Shown here piece after piece: positions 62,217-64,000 of a stretch of 64,000 nt of DNA. Where the stretch lies: NCBI GenBank assembly GCA_044892525.1, contig CM097888.1, positions 7,440,001-7,504,000 on the forward strand, in the 5' to 3' direction. The notes beneath the pieces were generated by a model that was not told the origin of the DNA, made no database searches, and was given only the letters and a program-made list of their open reading frames with translations. The translations under genes and the position numbers were made by a program. How positions within the stretch are numbered: the first letter of the stretch is position 1; every line of letters begins with the position of its first letter. This DNA is from Schmidtea polychroa. Lineage: Eukaryota.

Positions 62217-62879
62217 CCCCTTTACCGTCAACTTCTTTTTCTGAAATCGACCCTTAATTGGCCACTTTATTTGCGGCTATAAAAAAATTAATCTTTTAAT
62301 TATTTTTCAAACATCTTTATCAACAATAACGAACAACTAATAACGAATAACAGTTAACTAATTAATAACAAATAAAGCAGTTTTTAGTATTGTTGTAAAG
62401 TAATGAGTAGTGGACAACAAGGTACTGAATAAGATGAACAATTGTTTTGCAAGTTTTTGTGTCTCTTGCTCCAACCTTTTGTAAGAATTTTTTTGTATTG
62501 TCTTCAATTTTATTTATCTGACACACTAGAACAGCATAATAATAGTTGTTGTGATGATTTAGCCTACAGCGATGAGGTAATACAGCTATATTGAGGTTTG
62601 AAACGTTTTCTGAGATTTCATGGGAAATGTTTTCTGTCTAATTTTTTATTTTTTTAGCCCTGCCATACATTCTTGACCTCAGAGTTGTAGTAGAGTGCAA
62701 GGTTATTATGGTTTGATGTTTCTAAATGACTTAGAACGACGTATTTACGTTTAGCCACGTATACTCGGGTCTACCGTGCTTCAGTACGCTTTCAAATATA
62801 TAAAACGAGTTAACTCGGGCCTACCGGTTATCAGCCGGTTTCAGCTTGACGAGTATCCTCGGGTCTACCGGTAAAGGGG
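62217..62879 (-). mobile_element. Non-autonomous piggyBac derivative (663 bp)
   Basis: 11-bp TIR CCCCTTTACCG, flanks TAAA/TTAA, three subterminal CTCGGG(T/C)CTACCG repeats, Cys-rich C-terminal remnant on the minus strand. Confidence 0.85.
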
Positions 62880-63376
62880 TTAAAAGCTAATTAAATATTC
62901 AAAAAAGTAAAAATTAATAGTTTTCTGGGGAAGGCAACCGGTGGCAAATTAAAAGTTGTAGAAGAAAAAAATTATTTTAAATTGATAGGTGGTCCTAGAA
63001 AGGGTGCAATGAAGAAACAAATTAATTAATTTAATTCATTTATTCTTTATAGAAAATTCATAGATCATTCAGAAAATTTCGGAGTTGACAAATCGATTGC
63101 GTACATAAATCATTTTGAGAGAAACATCTCAACAATCATTCGTTTATCCTGAGAAGGGAATTGACTAAAGCCAATAACAAAAATCGTTAATGACAGATAA
63201 TTTGTATAAACAACAACGAAGAATGAATAAAATTACCACATTGGTTGGAAGAGGGAAAGTTACAACTCACTAGTCGGCATCAGTTTGCAGAACGATATAG
63301 AAGAACCCTAAGGTTTTGAATTTTAATTATTGTGGACGTTTTCTCATGATCAATAAATAATTTTATTTTTTGATAT

Positions 63377-64000
63377 TGTTGGGTTATTGAGTTGGTGATA
63401 ATTTTAAATGTTACTCTGACTCCAAGCGTGTCTTTAACTGATTCACAAATAACACTTGATAACAGAAATCTTTATTGATAATCACAAATGAACTTTCTCT
63501 TTACACTGACAATAAATTCAACACTCTGCTTGGTGACTATACAATGCTTATTACAACACTCGATGAGGAATAGTACTTGTGTATAACACCGGATTAAAAG
63601 ATCACAAATCACTGATTGGTTTATCACTGGGACTTTAAGCTGGTTGTTATCTTTGACTTTCTTCACAACTTTATTCAAATAATCAAATAACGTCTTTTCT
63701 ATTTATTCTTCAACTAATTCTTTTCTTCAACTCTTCTCCAATAATTATTCTCCACAATTATTTCCTTTACAATTATTTTTGACAATCGTTTTTCCGACAA
63801 CGTTTCGTCCAACGTCTAATTTTCTCCAATAATTTTATCTCTCAAATTGTCTCAATTTCGCGTCACTTTTGTCTCTAATTTTATTCTGATATCATGTCCA
63901 CTAGTTTTCCCTTATACAGTTCGCTTCTCTTGTGACACTCTAGATAATCAAGTGTTTTTCCATTTTCCTTCTCCTGCTTTCCTCGACTGTCCCATTTTAT
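63377..64000 (-). mobile_element. LTR (family 2), partial, runs off the window
   Basis: Reverse complement ends GGAGTCAGAGTAAC...AATAACCCAACA, like 52078. Confidence 0.7.

Overview
AT-rich eukaryotic genomic DNA from a draft assembly with four N-gaps. It looks animal-like, with canonical GT-AG introns of about 27-60 nt and the standard genetic code; the species cannot be determined from this window. Recognisable host genes are few: an intact intronless RAD6/UBE2A, the 3' exons of NUDT6, a CaMK-family kinase with degenerate catalytic motifs, and disrupted relics of STARD3/MENTAL, HSP90 and a WD40 protein. Most of the window is mobile DNA: a young DD34E IS630/Tc1-type element, hAT elements and MITEs, mariner, Tc1 and Tigger relics, a Stowaway-like MITE, a piggyBac derivative and several solo LTRs. 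The most unusual signal is a divergent family of 1.7-4.5 kb TG...CA-bounded elements, several with 4-bp TSDs. They lack pol or transposase but carry a CCAAT+TATA promoter, a splice acceptor just before a small coiled-coil ORF, and a covarying 3'-terminal RNA-like structure with an invariant AGUNCCAA/G internal loop. A second notable signal is a tandem array that parses as frame-preserving microexons encoding repeated SIM-like motifs.
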